Source of the DNA: Synechococcus sp.
GTDB lineage: Bacteria > Cyanobacteriota > Cyanobacteriia > Thermostichales > PCC-7336
DNA length: 64,000 bases
Direction of reading: 5' to 3'
Assembly (NCBI GenBank): GCA_051439605.1
Contig: JBFRWN010000047.1
Coordinates: 1-64,000 of the forward strand
The first letter of the stretch is position 1, and every line of letters starts with the position of its first letter. The position numbers were made by a program, and so were the translations under genes. The notes beneath the pieces were generated by a model. It ran no database searches. It was not told the DNA's origin and worked only from the letters and a program-made list of their open reading frames with translations. Shown in pieces: positions 1 to 8,992 of this stretch.

Positions 1-1613
1 GCCACCTTCGCCTTCCGATCGCTCTTCCGATGCGCCTGAAAGTGTCCCTGCCACAATCCCAAAACATCCATCGTTTCCCCACCGTGCTTCGTCAGCCGCT
101 GGCGAATCTTGCACAACACGGGCGTATTCACGCAAACCCCCGCAATAATCGCCTGCCCCTTCGTCAACGCCGGTAACTCGCTCAGCAGATCTCGCCCTGC
201 AGCTTCCACGCCGTGCTTCAAGTTCTCCTGGTCAATCGGATTGACAATCCGCATCAAAAACTGACTCATGCATTGCGACAAAATATCCGAATCCAACTTC
301 CCCGGACGCTGCGTAATTAAACCCACTCCCAAACCAAACTTGCGCCCCTCGCTCAAAATCGTCCGCAACACCTGCTTGCAGCGCGAAGGTTCGTGGGCTG
401 GAGCAAATCGATGGGCTTCCTCTAACAAAATGAACACCGGACAGGGCAAATAATTCTCGTCCCCCTCGCTCACCTTCTCCTTGTGGGTATTCATGCGGGC
501 ATTATTCGTCTGGCGCAGCACTGCCGCCGCAATCACCTGCTGCTCTTCCTGACTGATTTCGTTCATCTGCAAAATCGTTAGCTGACCCGGCTCGAAAAGA
601 TCCACCGGAGCCACCGAATGCTCAAAATCGCTGAAATAATCCGATCGCTCAATTTTGTCTAACTTCCACTCCAACGCAGCCGCAGACGACCCCTGCTGCC
701 CGTCTTCCCCGGAATCCAGCGAATTGATGGTGTCAATCAAGTCGGGAATCGTCCAACGATGCTCGTTAAATTGCACCGTCATCCGAAACGCCTTCTCCAA
801 AAACGCCTTCTGCCGCTCTGACATCTCGGGTAGCAGCGTCAAAATATCCGAGAAATTTAGCGACGAAACGCGAATTCTCACCTGATCGGGAGTAAAAATT
901 TTCACCCTGGGTTGATAGCCGTCTTTTCCTTCAAACGCCGGATGTCCCTGAATCGCCGATAGAGTGTGATATTCCCCGTGCGGGTCGAAAACGAGGACTG
1001 CAGCCCGATTTTTGGGCAACATCAACTCCTCTAGCAAAACCCCAGCAGTGTAAGACTTCCCCGATCCTGTCCCCGCCAAAATCGCTAGGTGGGTACTGAC
1101 CAGCTCCTTCACATCCAGAACAACAGGCACTGTGCCCTCTTCCCGCAGCAGCAGGTTGCCAACCGAGGCCCCACCGATCTCGTCGGAAGCCCGCTTATTC
1201 AGCACCTGCCGCAGCATGTCGTCCGGAGCCAAATAGACTTTGGCGCCCGGTTCGGGGGCCTGACGGGGGTTCATAAACCCGAGGGCGGAGTGAAAAAATC
1301 CGATGACGTCAACGGAAACGGAATAAATCTCGGGGTTGGGGTGGAAAAACCCAACTAGGGAGGCGATTGCGCTGGGATCGATATCGGTGTCCGAAAAAAT
1401 GCGATCGGGTAGGTGGTCGATCAGGGATAGATCGGAGATCTTCCCCAAAATTTTTTTGGAGCGATCGGGGTCACTCTCGGAGGTGTTGTAGTAGACGTAC
1501 TCTCCCACTTTCACCAAGGCGCTGTCAGAGGTAATAAACACATACTGGTTGGCCGTGTCCCCCGGCCCCTTGACCGTGCCGATGGCGCGCTCTGTTTCAA
1601 TGGCGTGAATCAC
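1..1613 (-). CDS. herA: HerA-like helicase/ATPase (DUF87, HerA-FtsK superfamily), 3' end truncated by the window edge; not in the ORF track
   Basis: Manual translation from GTG at 1613-1611 gives MIHAIETERAIGTVKGPGDT...; Walker A in HLAILAGTGSGKSYT, then VLVFDPHGEY, Walker B region FILLEEAHRFAP and ILSEGRKFGLGVGLITQRP. The start overlaps the upstream stop (GTGA). Confidence 0.9.
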   Translation of the reverse strand, partial: MIHAIETERAIGTVKGPGDTANQYVFITSDSALVKVGEYVYYNTSESDPDRSKKILGKISDLSLIDHLPDRIFSDTDIDPSAIASLVGFFHPNPEIYSVSVDVIGFFHSALGFMNPRQAPEPGAKVYLAPDDMLRQVLNKRASDEIGGASVGNLLLREEGTVPVVLDVKELVSTHLAILAGTGSGKSYTAGVLLEELMLPKNRAAVLVFDPHGEYHTLSAIQGHPAFEGKDGYQPRVKIFTPDQVRIRVSSLNFSDILTLLPEMSERQKAFLEKAFRMTVQFNEHRWTIPDLIDTINSLDSGEDGQQGSSAAALEWKLDKIERSDYFSDFEHSVAPVDLFEPGQLTILQMNEISQEEQQVIAAAVLRQTNNARMNTHKEKVSEGDENYLPCPVFILLEEAHRFAPAHEPSRCKQVLRTILSEGRKFGLGVGLITQRPGKLDSDILSQCMSQFLMRIVNPIDQENLKHGVEAAGRDLLSELPALTKGQAIIAGVCVNTPVLCKIRQRLTKHGGETMDVLGLWQGHFQAHRKSDRKAKV

Positions 1614-2413
1614 CGCATTGCTCCCATCGTGATTTTCCAGGATAGCTCTCGACTGAGAATTTCCAACGCCCGCTTTTGGCTGCCATAAAACATATCGCCG
1701 ACTTCATCCAACACTTGGCAAATCAGCTGTTGAGAAAATGGGCCGCCATTGTTCAGCAGCAGACCGTAATAGGTGAACTGAAGTTCCCCTGCCCGATCGC
1801 GGTGGAAGCGGTACACTTCGTCCTCTGTCATGTTGTAGGCGCAGGTATTGACCGGCACTACTAGACGCGGAATCCCTTGAATACCATAGGCTTTAACCCG
1901 ACTATCCACTGGAACAGCCGGAGGAATCTCTAATGTTCCCACCAGCGCAACATTCAGGAGTGTGCGAATTTCCGTTTGTAAATCTGGGGCAAAGATGGGG
2001 CTGGGGTCGCTGGATAATCTGGGGCCAGTATTGAGGAAAGACGGGTTAAATAACTGCGTGTTATACACCACTCCCACAGCGCAGGTGGGTTCCCGATCGT
2101 CCTCCACCACTAGCTTCACAAAGCTGCCAAAGCCGTAGTCAGAGCCAGACGGGGGGTCGGCCACTTCTAGGCGATCGTCCACCTGCACCACGTAATCGCA
2201 GTGGCCGTTGGACTTGACCACCTTCCCAAGCTTCATGCCCTCCATCTCGATGCCAGGATCGTCAATACCAGCGGTCAAGCCACTGCCATCCAGGTCCATG
2301 TTGTCCGCTCCAAACGGGGTGTCCTGCAGGTCTTCCTCAGGTGACTTTCGTTTGGCTTTACCCGATCGCGAAGTTCGCTTGTTCTTGCCCGCCTCTCCCG
2401 TGTCAGCACTCAT
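1610..2413 (-). CDS. HAS-barrel domain protein (middle gene of the nurA-herA operon)
   Basis: Beta-barrel-like segment MKLGKVVKSNGHCDYVVQV...YGFGSFVKL...AVGVVYNTQL; 4-nt overlaps with both neighbours. Confidence 0.7.
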   Translation of the reverse strand: MSADTGEAGKNKRTSRSGKAKRKSPEEDLQDTPFGADNMDLDGSGLTAGIDDPGIEMEGMKLGKVVKSNGHCDYVVQVDDRLEVADPPSGSDYGFGSFVKLVVEDDREPTCAVGVVYNTQLFNPSFLNTGPRLSSDPSPIFAPDLQTEIRTLLNVALVGTLEIPPAVPVDSRVKAYGIQGIPRLVVPVNTCAYNMTEDEVYRFHRDRAGELQFTYYGLLLNNGGPFSQQLICQVLDEVGDMFYGSQKRALEILSRELSWKITMGAMR

Positions 2414-3606
2414 CGCACCCGCCTCCGCCTCAACTTACTGGTCATTTTTCGGGACAGCCGCAATTCCAACTCGTATCGGGCCGACCAATCCTGCAGCACC
2501 CGCATGAACGTGCTGCGATCCTCCGCCCGCAAGACCGCAGTCTGGTCCGCTGTCTCGATGGCATAGGGATATCCCTTGCCGATAATCACCTCGCATCGAA
2601 CAATGTCCACCACCCAATCGAGCAAACCCGCCTCGTGAATCCACACGGGAATTTCCAGCCGCACCGGGTAACTGTCGCCATTGGTCTTGAGATACACAAA
2701 GCCAACGCGATCGCGCATCTCGGCGTAATCCGTCAGAATGCTCTCCTGACCGCGCTGCGCTCCCCCCCGCGCACACACGAAAAAGGGGGTGCGATCGCCC
2801 CACTGCAAAAGGCCATCCACCAACTGAGCATCGTTCACTTGCGGCGCATCCGGCAGTCCGAATATATGCTGCAGCATGGTCGTCAAGTCTCGGGTATAGG
2901 TGGTATCGACGTAAGCCACCAACGGCACCTTGCATGCTTCGCTGGCGCGTAACATCGGCAAAATAGCGTTGACATAGGCGCTGCGCACTGCTGGTTCGTA
3001 AGCTTCCGCAAACGTCGCCACCAAGGCCCCATCGAAAAATGCCAGGCGGCGATCGCTATCGGGATGCTGGCTCAAATACTGGGTAATGCGATCGCATTCC
3101 AACTGGAACCGGCGCAAATTCACCCGCTGCTCTCGCGGTTCCCCGCTGCTGCTGGCCTCTAGGTCATCCGGAGCGAGGACGTCGAGGAGAATATCTTTTT
3201 CGTACTTACCCGCCTGACAGTGGAAGTTCTCGTACCAGCCCACCTGCACCAGCGCCACCGGAATAGAGATATCTTTGCTGAGATAAATTTGCGAACCATC
3301 TACTGCAAAGGTGGGGACGTTCTCAATCGTTTCCCCCACCCACTGAAAGCTCTCTTCGCGGTTTTTCCACCCCGAGTGAAACTTCACCCGCCACTTGCGA
3401 TACTCGTCCCATTCTACGGTGGGCATCGCCCCCGGAGCCTCCTCCGCAGACAAGCGGCTAACTATGTCCAAGCTACTCAGCTGCGTCAACCGCTTCAGCG
3501 ATTGGATATATTGGCCGCGACGATACACCGCATCCGAATCGAAATTGGCAAACGCGTCGCGCTTGCGCTCTAGTAAGTCAAATACTCGCGCCGTTTTGAG
3601 GACCAT
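2410..3606 (-). CDS. nurA: NurA-family nuclease
   Basis: Motifs TFAVDGSQ, FFDGAL and GYPYAIETADQTAVL; adjacent to herA. ATG 3606 preferred over the ORF start at 3636. Confidence 0.85.
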   Translation of the reverse strand: MVLKTARVFDLLERKRDAFANFDSDAVYRRGQYIQSLKRLTQLSSLDIVSRLSAEEAPGAMPTVEWDEYRKWRVKFHSGWKNREESFQWVGETIENVPTFAVDGSQIYLSKDISIPVALVQVGWYENFHCQAGKYEKDILLDVLAPDDLEASSSGEPREQRVNLRRFQLECDRITQYLSQHPDSDRRLAFFDGALVATFAEAYEPAVRSAYVNAILPMLRASEACKVPLVAYVDTTYTRDLTTMLQHIFGLPDAPQVNDAQLVDGLLQWGDRTPFFVCARGGAQRGQESILTDYAEMRDRVGFVYLKTNGDSYPVRLEIPVWIHEAGLLDWVVDIVRCEVIIGKGYPYAIETADQTAVLRAEDRSTFMRVLQDWSARYELELRLSRKMTSKLRRRRVR

Positions 3607-3993
3607 CAACTCTCTCGCAGTACACCCGCAGACCACAAAAAACTAACGGGGGTTGAGTTTACCGATAGCGGCTAGCTGCAGGATACTCGATCCTCGAACG
3701 CTAAATACAGAATGTATCCTTTCATGGCATTTTCTTAAGAAAGCTCCTGTCAGGATTGCGAACCCTAACGCATTCCAAAAGGCGATCTCGTCCCATCAAT
3801 CCTCACCATCTTTTGCGTTTTCACTCCCCTCAAAAAAACGTCAATCCTATCTCGGCCCCCCGCATGGGTCTCCCAAATTTTGCTTATTCACCCCTCAAAA
3901 CGCCCTTAGACGCTCTCTCGGCTCCCCTTGCCACACCTACCACGAATACCAACTATCTATAGACTGAATAACGTCTTTTACCCGAAAACCTCC

Positions 3994-4410
3994 GTGACCG
4001 CTTCCACAGAATCCACCTCCCAAGCCCGCGTCCTATTAGAAGGTTTCGCGAGCAACGATCGCCCCGAGATCCCAGCTAACGACATCCCCGCTGTCAAAGC
4101 CGCCTTAACTGAAGTCGTAGTCTCCTCGAACTTTCAAACACTGGGCATCTGCGCCGACAGCTCCAGCGAAGGCTTCTCTGCCCTTTCCCATTACCTGTTG
4201 GCTTTCGGTCTAGAGGTGCCCACCCATCCGGAATCAGAGATTGAAGGGCCGATTTACATCAAGTACAACACTCAAACCGGCAAGCACTACACCAGCGACT
4301 ACCCCGGCAATGCCCGTGGCGTTCTCGTGTGCTGCCACCGCGAATCCCCGGAGCTGAGTTCGGATATGTACGGCTACCTCCCCCTCGACCTGTTCGCCTC
4401 CCAAGCTTGA
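3994..4410 (+). CDS. DUF1824 family protein
   Basis: LGICADS...GPIYIKYN...Y.GNARGVLVCCH...YGYLPLDLF, a typical cyanobacterial pattern; GTG 3994 is the likely start. Confidence 0.75.
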   Translation: MTASTESTSQARVLLEGFASNDRPEIPANDIPAVKAALTEVVVSSNFQTLGICADSSSEGFSALSHYLLAFGLEVPTHPESEIEGPIYIKYNTQTGKHYTSDYPGNARGVLVCCHRESPELSSDMYGYLPLDLFASQA

Positions 4411-4495
4411 GATCGGCGATCGCCATACCCAATGAAGCTTGCAGCGACTTCAGAAGTTCGCTACCATCCCCACAAATCCGTGGTGGGTACGAGAG

Positions 4496-5467
4496 ATGAA
4501 GATTGTTGTTTTAGCAGGGGGTCCTTCCTCCGAACGGGATGTCTCCCTGGTTACGGGCAAAGCGGTACAGGTAGCCCTGACAGACTTGGGCCATAACGCG
4601 ACTACCATCGATCCCGGCCCCGATCTGCCCAAGCAATTGTGGGAGCAAGCCCAACTGGGCTGTGACTTTGTCTGGATTGCCCTCCATGGGGAAGGGGGAG
4701 AGGATGGCACCGTACAGGCCATGCTGGACTGGTTGGGTCTGCCCTACCAAGGACCGGGGTATCTCTCCAGCGCCCTGGCCATGGATAAGTGGGTCTCCAA
4801 ACAAGTGTTTGAGGCGTCGGGCTTGCCCACCGCCGACTGGATCTCCATCAACCTGCGGCTAGAGACTGTCCCCACCTGGGAAAGCGTCACCGCAAAATTG
4901 GGATCCCCCGTGGTCATCAAACCAGTAGCCACCGGTTCGACCGTTGGAATTAGCATTGCCCATACCGCCATCGAATACAGCCGCAGCTTGCTAAAAGCTC
5001 AACAGCATGGAGATCGACTCTTGATTGAGCAATACATTGCGGGTAAAGAACTGACCGTGTCGGTGATTGGCGATCGCGTCATGCCTCCGATAGAAATCAG
5101 GCCCTCCGAGGGGGATTTTTACGATTACGAGGCGAAGTACGCCCCCGGTGGTTCCCGACACCTGATCCCGACCACCTTGAGCGAGACGGGCGAGCGACGG
5201 GTGCGGGCCATTGCCAAACAAGCCTATGATGCCCTGCACTGCGAAGGACTAACTCGCATTGACTTTAGGGTAGATGAAAACGAGCGGGCCTGGATTTTAG
5301 AGGCCAATACCCTGCCGGGGATGACCCCCACTTCCCTCAGCCCCGATGCGGCGGCGGCGATCGGCTGGTCCTTCAAGGATCTTGTGCAGTGCATGCTGGA
5401 GGTGGGTCTGCAGCGGCGACAGCGGCTGACCTTTGCTCCGTCAATCCCCCAACCCGATCCCGTTTAG
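4496..5467 (+). CDS. ddl: D-alanine--D-alanine ligase
   Basis: VLAGGPSSERDVSL, LHGEGGEDG, MDK, FYDYEAKY, EANTLPGMTPTSL. Confidence 0.95.
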   Translation: MKIVVLAGGPSSERDVSLVTGKAVQVALTDLGHNATTIDPGPDLPKQLWEQAQLGCDFVWIALHGEGGEDGTVQAMLDWLGLPYQGPGYLSSALAMDKWVSKQVFEASGLPTADWISINLRLETVPTWESVTAKLGSPVVIKPVATGSTVGISIAHTAIEYSRSLLKAQQHGDRLLIEQYIAGKELTVSVIGDRVMPPIEIRPSEGDFYDYEAKYAPGGSRHLIPTTLSETGERRVRAIAKQAYDALHCEGLTRIDFRVDENERAWILEANTLPGMTPTSLSPDAAAAIGWSFKDLVQCMLEVGLQRRQRLTFAPSIPQPDPV

Positions 5468-5715
5468 GCCGCTCCGACTCCCCTCGTCAGCAAGCTCAGC
5501 TATGACGACCGGCAAGTCGCTAAGCGCTGCAGTTGGGATCGTGAGGCGACCTAAAAAGTTGTAGGAAAGCTAAAGATCTCTCCGCAAAACCACTGACGTT
5601 CCCCGGGTTTAAGACAGTATGCGGGATCGCTGGGTTAGTAAAAAAACTCTAGAGGGGTGTTATCAACTCAAATCCGGGTGGTACGATCTGCTTGAATGCA
5701 TTCAAAATATGGCCT

Positions 5716-6711
5716 GTGCTTCGAACTGCACCGTTGCCCCTGCGCTCCTCACCGTTGGCGATCGCCGATAATAATCGGCTCAAGATATTTTCCGGATCCT
5801 CAAATATTCCTCTCGCTTCTGAAGTCGCGCGGTATCTAGGGATGGACCTAGGCCCCCAAGTTCAGAAGCGTTTTGCTGATGGGGAACTTTACATCCAAAT
5901 TCAGGAGTCCATCCGCGGAGCGGATATCTACCTGATTCAGCCCACCTGTCGTCCCGTCAACGATCACCTGATGGAACTACTGGTGATGGTGGATGCCTGC
6001 CGCCGTGCCTCCGCTCGACAAATTACAGCAGTGTTGCCCTACTACGGCTATGCTCGCGCCGATCGCAAAACCGCCGGCCGCGAGGCGATCACCGCCAAGC
6101 TGGTGGCCAACATGATTACCACCGCTGGAGCCGATCGCGTCCTGGCCATGGACCTTCACTCCGCCCAAATCCAGGGCTACTTCGATATTCCCTTCGACCA
6201 CGTGTACGGGTCGCCCGTCCTTATCCGCTACATCAAAGAACAAAATTTGCCCGATCTCGTTGTGGTTTCCCCTGATGTTGGCGGTGTGGCCCGTGCCCGC
6301 GCCTTCGCCAAAAAGCTAGACGATGCTCCACTGGCCATTATTGACAAACGCCGCCAAGCCCACAACGAAGTGGACGTAATGAACGTGATTGGTGACGTGA
6401 AAGGCAAAACCGCCATTTTGGTGGATGACATGATCGATACCGCTGGCACCATCACCGAAGGTGCCAAGCTGTTGCGTCGAGAAGGGGCCGAACGGGTCTA
6501 CGCCTGCGCCACCCACGCCGTCTTCTCCGGTCCGGCAGTAGAGCGACTGTCCACCCCCGGCATCTTCGAAGAGGTGATTGTCACTAACTCCATACCGCTA
6601 GCAGAAGAAAAGCGGTTTGCTCAGCTGCGCATTCTCTCCATTGCCAACGTCTTAGGAGAGGCCATTTGGCGCATCCACGAAGATAACTCTGTCAGCAGTA
6701 TGTTCCGTTAA
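5716..6711 (+). CDS. prs: Ribose-phosphate pyrophosphokinase
   Basis: FADGE, PYYGYARADRK, DLHSAQIQGYFD, VSPDVGG, VDDMIDTAGT; GTG 5716 is the likely start (ORF opens at 5692). Confidence 0.97.
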   Translation: MLRTAPLPLRSSPLAIADNNRLKIFSGSSNIPLASEVARYLGMDLGPQVQKRFADGELYIQIQESIRGADIYLIQPTCRPVNDHLMELLVMVDACRRASARQITAVLPYYGYARADRKTAGREAITAKLVANMITTAGADRVLAMDLHSAQIQGYFDIPFDHVYGSPVLIRYIKEQNLPDLVVVSPDVGGVARARAFAKKLDDAPLAIIDKRRQAHNEVDVMNVIGDVKGKTAILVDDMIDTAGTITEGAKLLRREGAERVYACATHAVFSGPAVERLSTPGIFEEVIVTNSIPLAEEKRFAQLRILSIANVLGEAIWRIHEDNSVSSMFR

Positions 6712-6801
6712 GTCACTTCCCCATTCCAGCACTATCCCTAAATTCATCGTCCAAGCGGCCTATCTGGCGTAAGCTTGGATGAGTTTTTTAATGAGTAGGT
6801 T

Positions 6802-7926
6802 GTGCGCCTGCGATCGCTTCTTCTCACGAATTTTCGCAACTACACCGAGCAGCAGGTGGACTTTCGATCCCCCAAGACGATTTTGGTGGGGGAAAACGCC
6901 CAAGGAAAGTCCAATCTGCTAGAGGCGGTGGAGTTACTGGCTACCCTGCGTTCCCACCGAGCCAGTCGCGATCGCGAATTCGTACAACAGGGGGCAACGG
7001 TAGGCAAGATTTTTGCGGTAGTCGATCGCCTGGGAACCTTACACGAGCTCGCGATCGACCTGCGGCAACAGGGGCGGCGATCGCTCAGGATTGATGGACA
7101 GCTCGTCCGTCGCAGAGCGGATTTTCTCGGTCAGCTTAACGCCGTAACGTTTTCTAGCTTGGATTTAGACCTAGTGCGGGGTAGCCCCAGCACCCGCCGC
7201 GATTGGCTGGATGGTATTTTGTTGCAGCTAGAGCCTGTTTACTGCAACATACTGGATCGCTACCGCCAGGTGCTGAAGCAGCGCAATGCTCTGCTCAAAG
7301 CTTCGGAGTCTATGGATGACGCTAGCCTCACCGCTTGGAATGCTGAGCTTGTAGCGGCAGGCACAAGGGTCATTCGGCGGAGATCGCGACTGTTGGCTCG
7401 ACTGCAGCCTTTAGCTCTGCAATGGCATCGGGAGATTAGCGGCGATCGGGAAGTTCTTGCCCTCACCTATGCCCCCCAAGTCGAAACCCCATCCCCCACA
7501 GCAACGGCGGAAGAAGTGCAGCAGCAGTTTTGGCAGAGACTGGAGCAGCAAAGGGCAGCAGAGCGGATGCGGGGTACGTCATTGGTGGGGCCACATCGGG
7601 ATGACGTGCTGCTGGAGATCGACAAGAACCCCGCCCGCACCTACGGCTCGCAGGGTCAGCAGCGCACGTTGGTACTGGCCCTCAAGCTGGCAGAACTGCA
7701 GCTGATCGAGACGGTGGTGGGAGATCCCCCTCTCCTTCTGTTAGATGACGTATTGGCAGAACTGGATTTACAGCGACAGGATCGCCTGTTGGAAACCATC
7801 AGCGATCGCGTCCAAACCATCGTAACCACCACCCACTTAGGCAACTTCGATGCCCGCTGGCTGGATTCCGCCCAAGTGATTTCCGTCAAACAAGGCAGCC
7901 TGCAGTTCACCCCCTTATGTCCTTAA
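6802..7926 (+). CDS. recF: DNA replication/repair protein RecF
   Basis: NFRNY, GENAQGKSNLLEA, GPHRDD, GSQGQQR, LLLDDVLAELD. Confidence 0.97.
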   Translation: MRLRSLLLTNFRNYTEQQVDFRSPKTILVGENAQGKSNLLEAVELLATLRSHRASRDREFVQQGATVGKIFAVVDRLGTLHELAIDLRQQGRRSLRIDGQLVRRRADFLGQLNAVTFSSLDLDLVRGSPSTRRDWLDGILLQLEPVYCNILDRYRQVLKQRNALLKASESMDDASLTAWNAELVAAGTRVIRRRSRLLARLQPLALQWHREISGDREVLALTYAPQVETPSPTATAEEVQQQFWQRLEQQRAAERMRGTSLVGPHRDDVLLEIDKNPARTYGSQGQQRTLVLALKLAELQLIETVVGDPPLLLLDDVLAELDLQRQDRLLETISDRVQTIVTTTHLGNFDARWLDSAQVISVKQGSLQFTPLCP

Positions 7927-7951
7927 ACGAAAACATGCCTGGAAGCTGGTG

Positions 7952-8539
7952 TTAGGAGGAAGCAATCGCCTTCAACCTCTGCAGTCGCAATACAGTCAGT
8001 ACGTCCGTCCGATCCACCCGCTGAACAGTTTCGAGCGCAGCCAGCAAATGACGAGCAGCTTCGCGGCGGTCGTACCCCCGATATTGGGCTCGTCGCAGCG
8101 CAAACTCATCCGCATCAAATTGAGCGTTGTCGCTATTTACGTTCTGCCACACCTGTCGCACCGCCAACCCCGTCAGGCTCCCTGCCAGCAGCACGGACAA
8201 GGGATTATGCAACGCCAACTCCACTATTGTGGCCAGCGTTCCTGCCGCCGCCAGTCCCTGGTAAAGACCAGGCTGCAACCAATTGCGCCCGTCAAACCAC
8301 CCCGCCTCCCGCAAAAACAGCAAGTCCCGCTGAGCTTGGGGGATACTCATCCAGCGGGAAAATTGAATTTCAATCGTGCCGTTCGGACTCCACGGTGGAC
8401 GAGGGCGAACGCCAATTAGCTTGTCGGAGGTTCCTGGGGCAGGGGAGATCGCCAGCAGCGGTCGTAGCGACGCAGGCAGCAAGTCCCGCAACCGCTGCAT
8501 TTCCTGTTGGGGGTCGGGACGCGATGCGGAATAAGCCAC
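7952..8539 (-). CDS. DUF3318-like membrane protein
   Basis: EMQRLRDLLPAS...QRDLLFLRE...two hydrophobic helices...ADEFALRRAQYRGY. Confidence 0.7.
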   Translation of the reverse strand: MAYSASRPDPQQEMQRLRDLLPASLRPLLAISPAPGTSDKLIGVRPRPPWSPNGTIEIQFSRWMSIPQAQRDLLFLREAGWFDGRNWLQPGLYQGLAAAGTLATIVELALHNPLSVLLAGSLTGLAVRQVWQNVNSDNAQFDADEFALRRAQYRGYDRREAARHLLAALETVQRVDRTDVLTVLRLQRLKAIASS

Positions 8540-8648
8540 GATGAACGAATCAGCGAAAAATCTTCAATTAGCCTATCGCTTTGGGCTCATTAGGCGATCG
8601 TTGAGGGGACAAGAATTTTCGCTACGTGTCTCCTGTCGAGCGGGTGGA

Positions 8649-8918
8649 CTAGACCTCTTGTAGCATTCTCATCCGGCGAGCCAACTCCCGCAATGCATCG
8701 GTACAAGACACCTGCTTGACTTCCATGTATTCCCGCACCACATGTGCCTTAGCTAAATGGTCGATGGCAAAATTCTGTGCAGCTGAGGATTCTTGGGGGG
8801 AGAGATGGTCAGGCAATTGGCAGGCACTGTGACCGTCATGCAGTTCGCTCGATAGACATTCCTCAAGCTGTTCGGCGGAATAGTTCAAGGCAAGGTCTTT
8901 AACTGCGGCTAGGTTCAT
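8649..8918 (-). CDS. Small hypothetical helical protein (89 aa)
   Basis: ATG-started ORF filling the intergenic gap; protein-like composition; no recognised motif. Confidence 0.6.
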   Translation of the reverse strand: MNLAAVKDLALNYSAEQLEECLSSELHDGHSACQLPDHLSPQESSAAQNFAIDHLAKAHVVREYMEVKQVSCTDALRELARRMRMLQEV

Positions 8919-8992
8919 ATTGGTTCAGCCCGGTTAAATCCAAACAAATCTATCACCGGGATCGGGGCAAGATCCAAAGGTGGGTTGTTTAT

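Noticed and set aside
1..3606. herA as part of a Sir2-HerA or other named anti-phage system
   Set aside because: The visible partners are NurA and a HAS-barrel protein, with no Sir2 or DUF4297-type gene; genes left of the window cannot be seen
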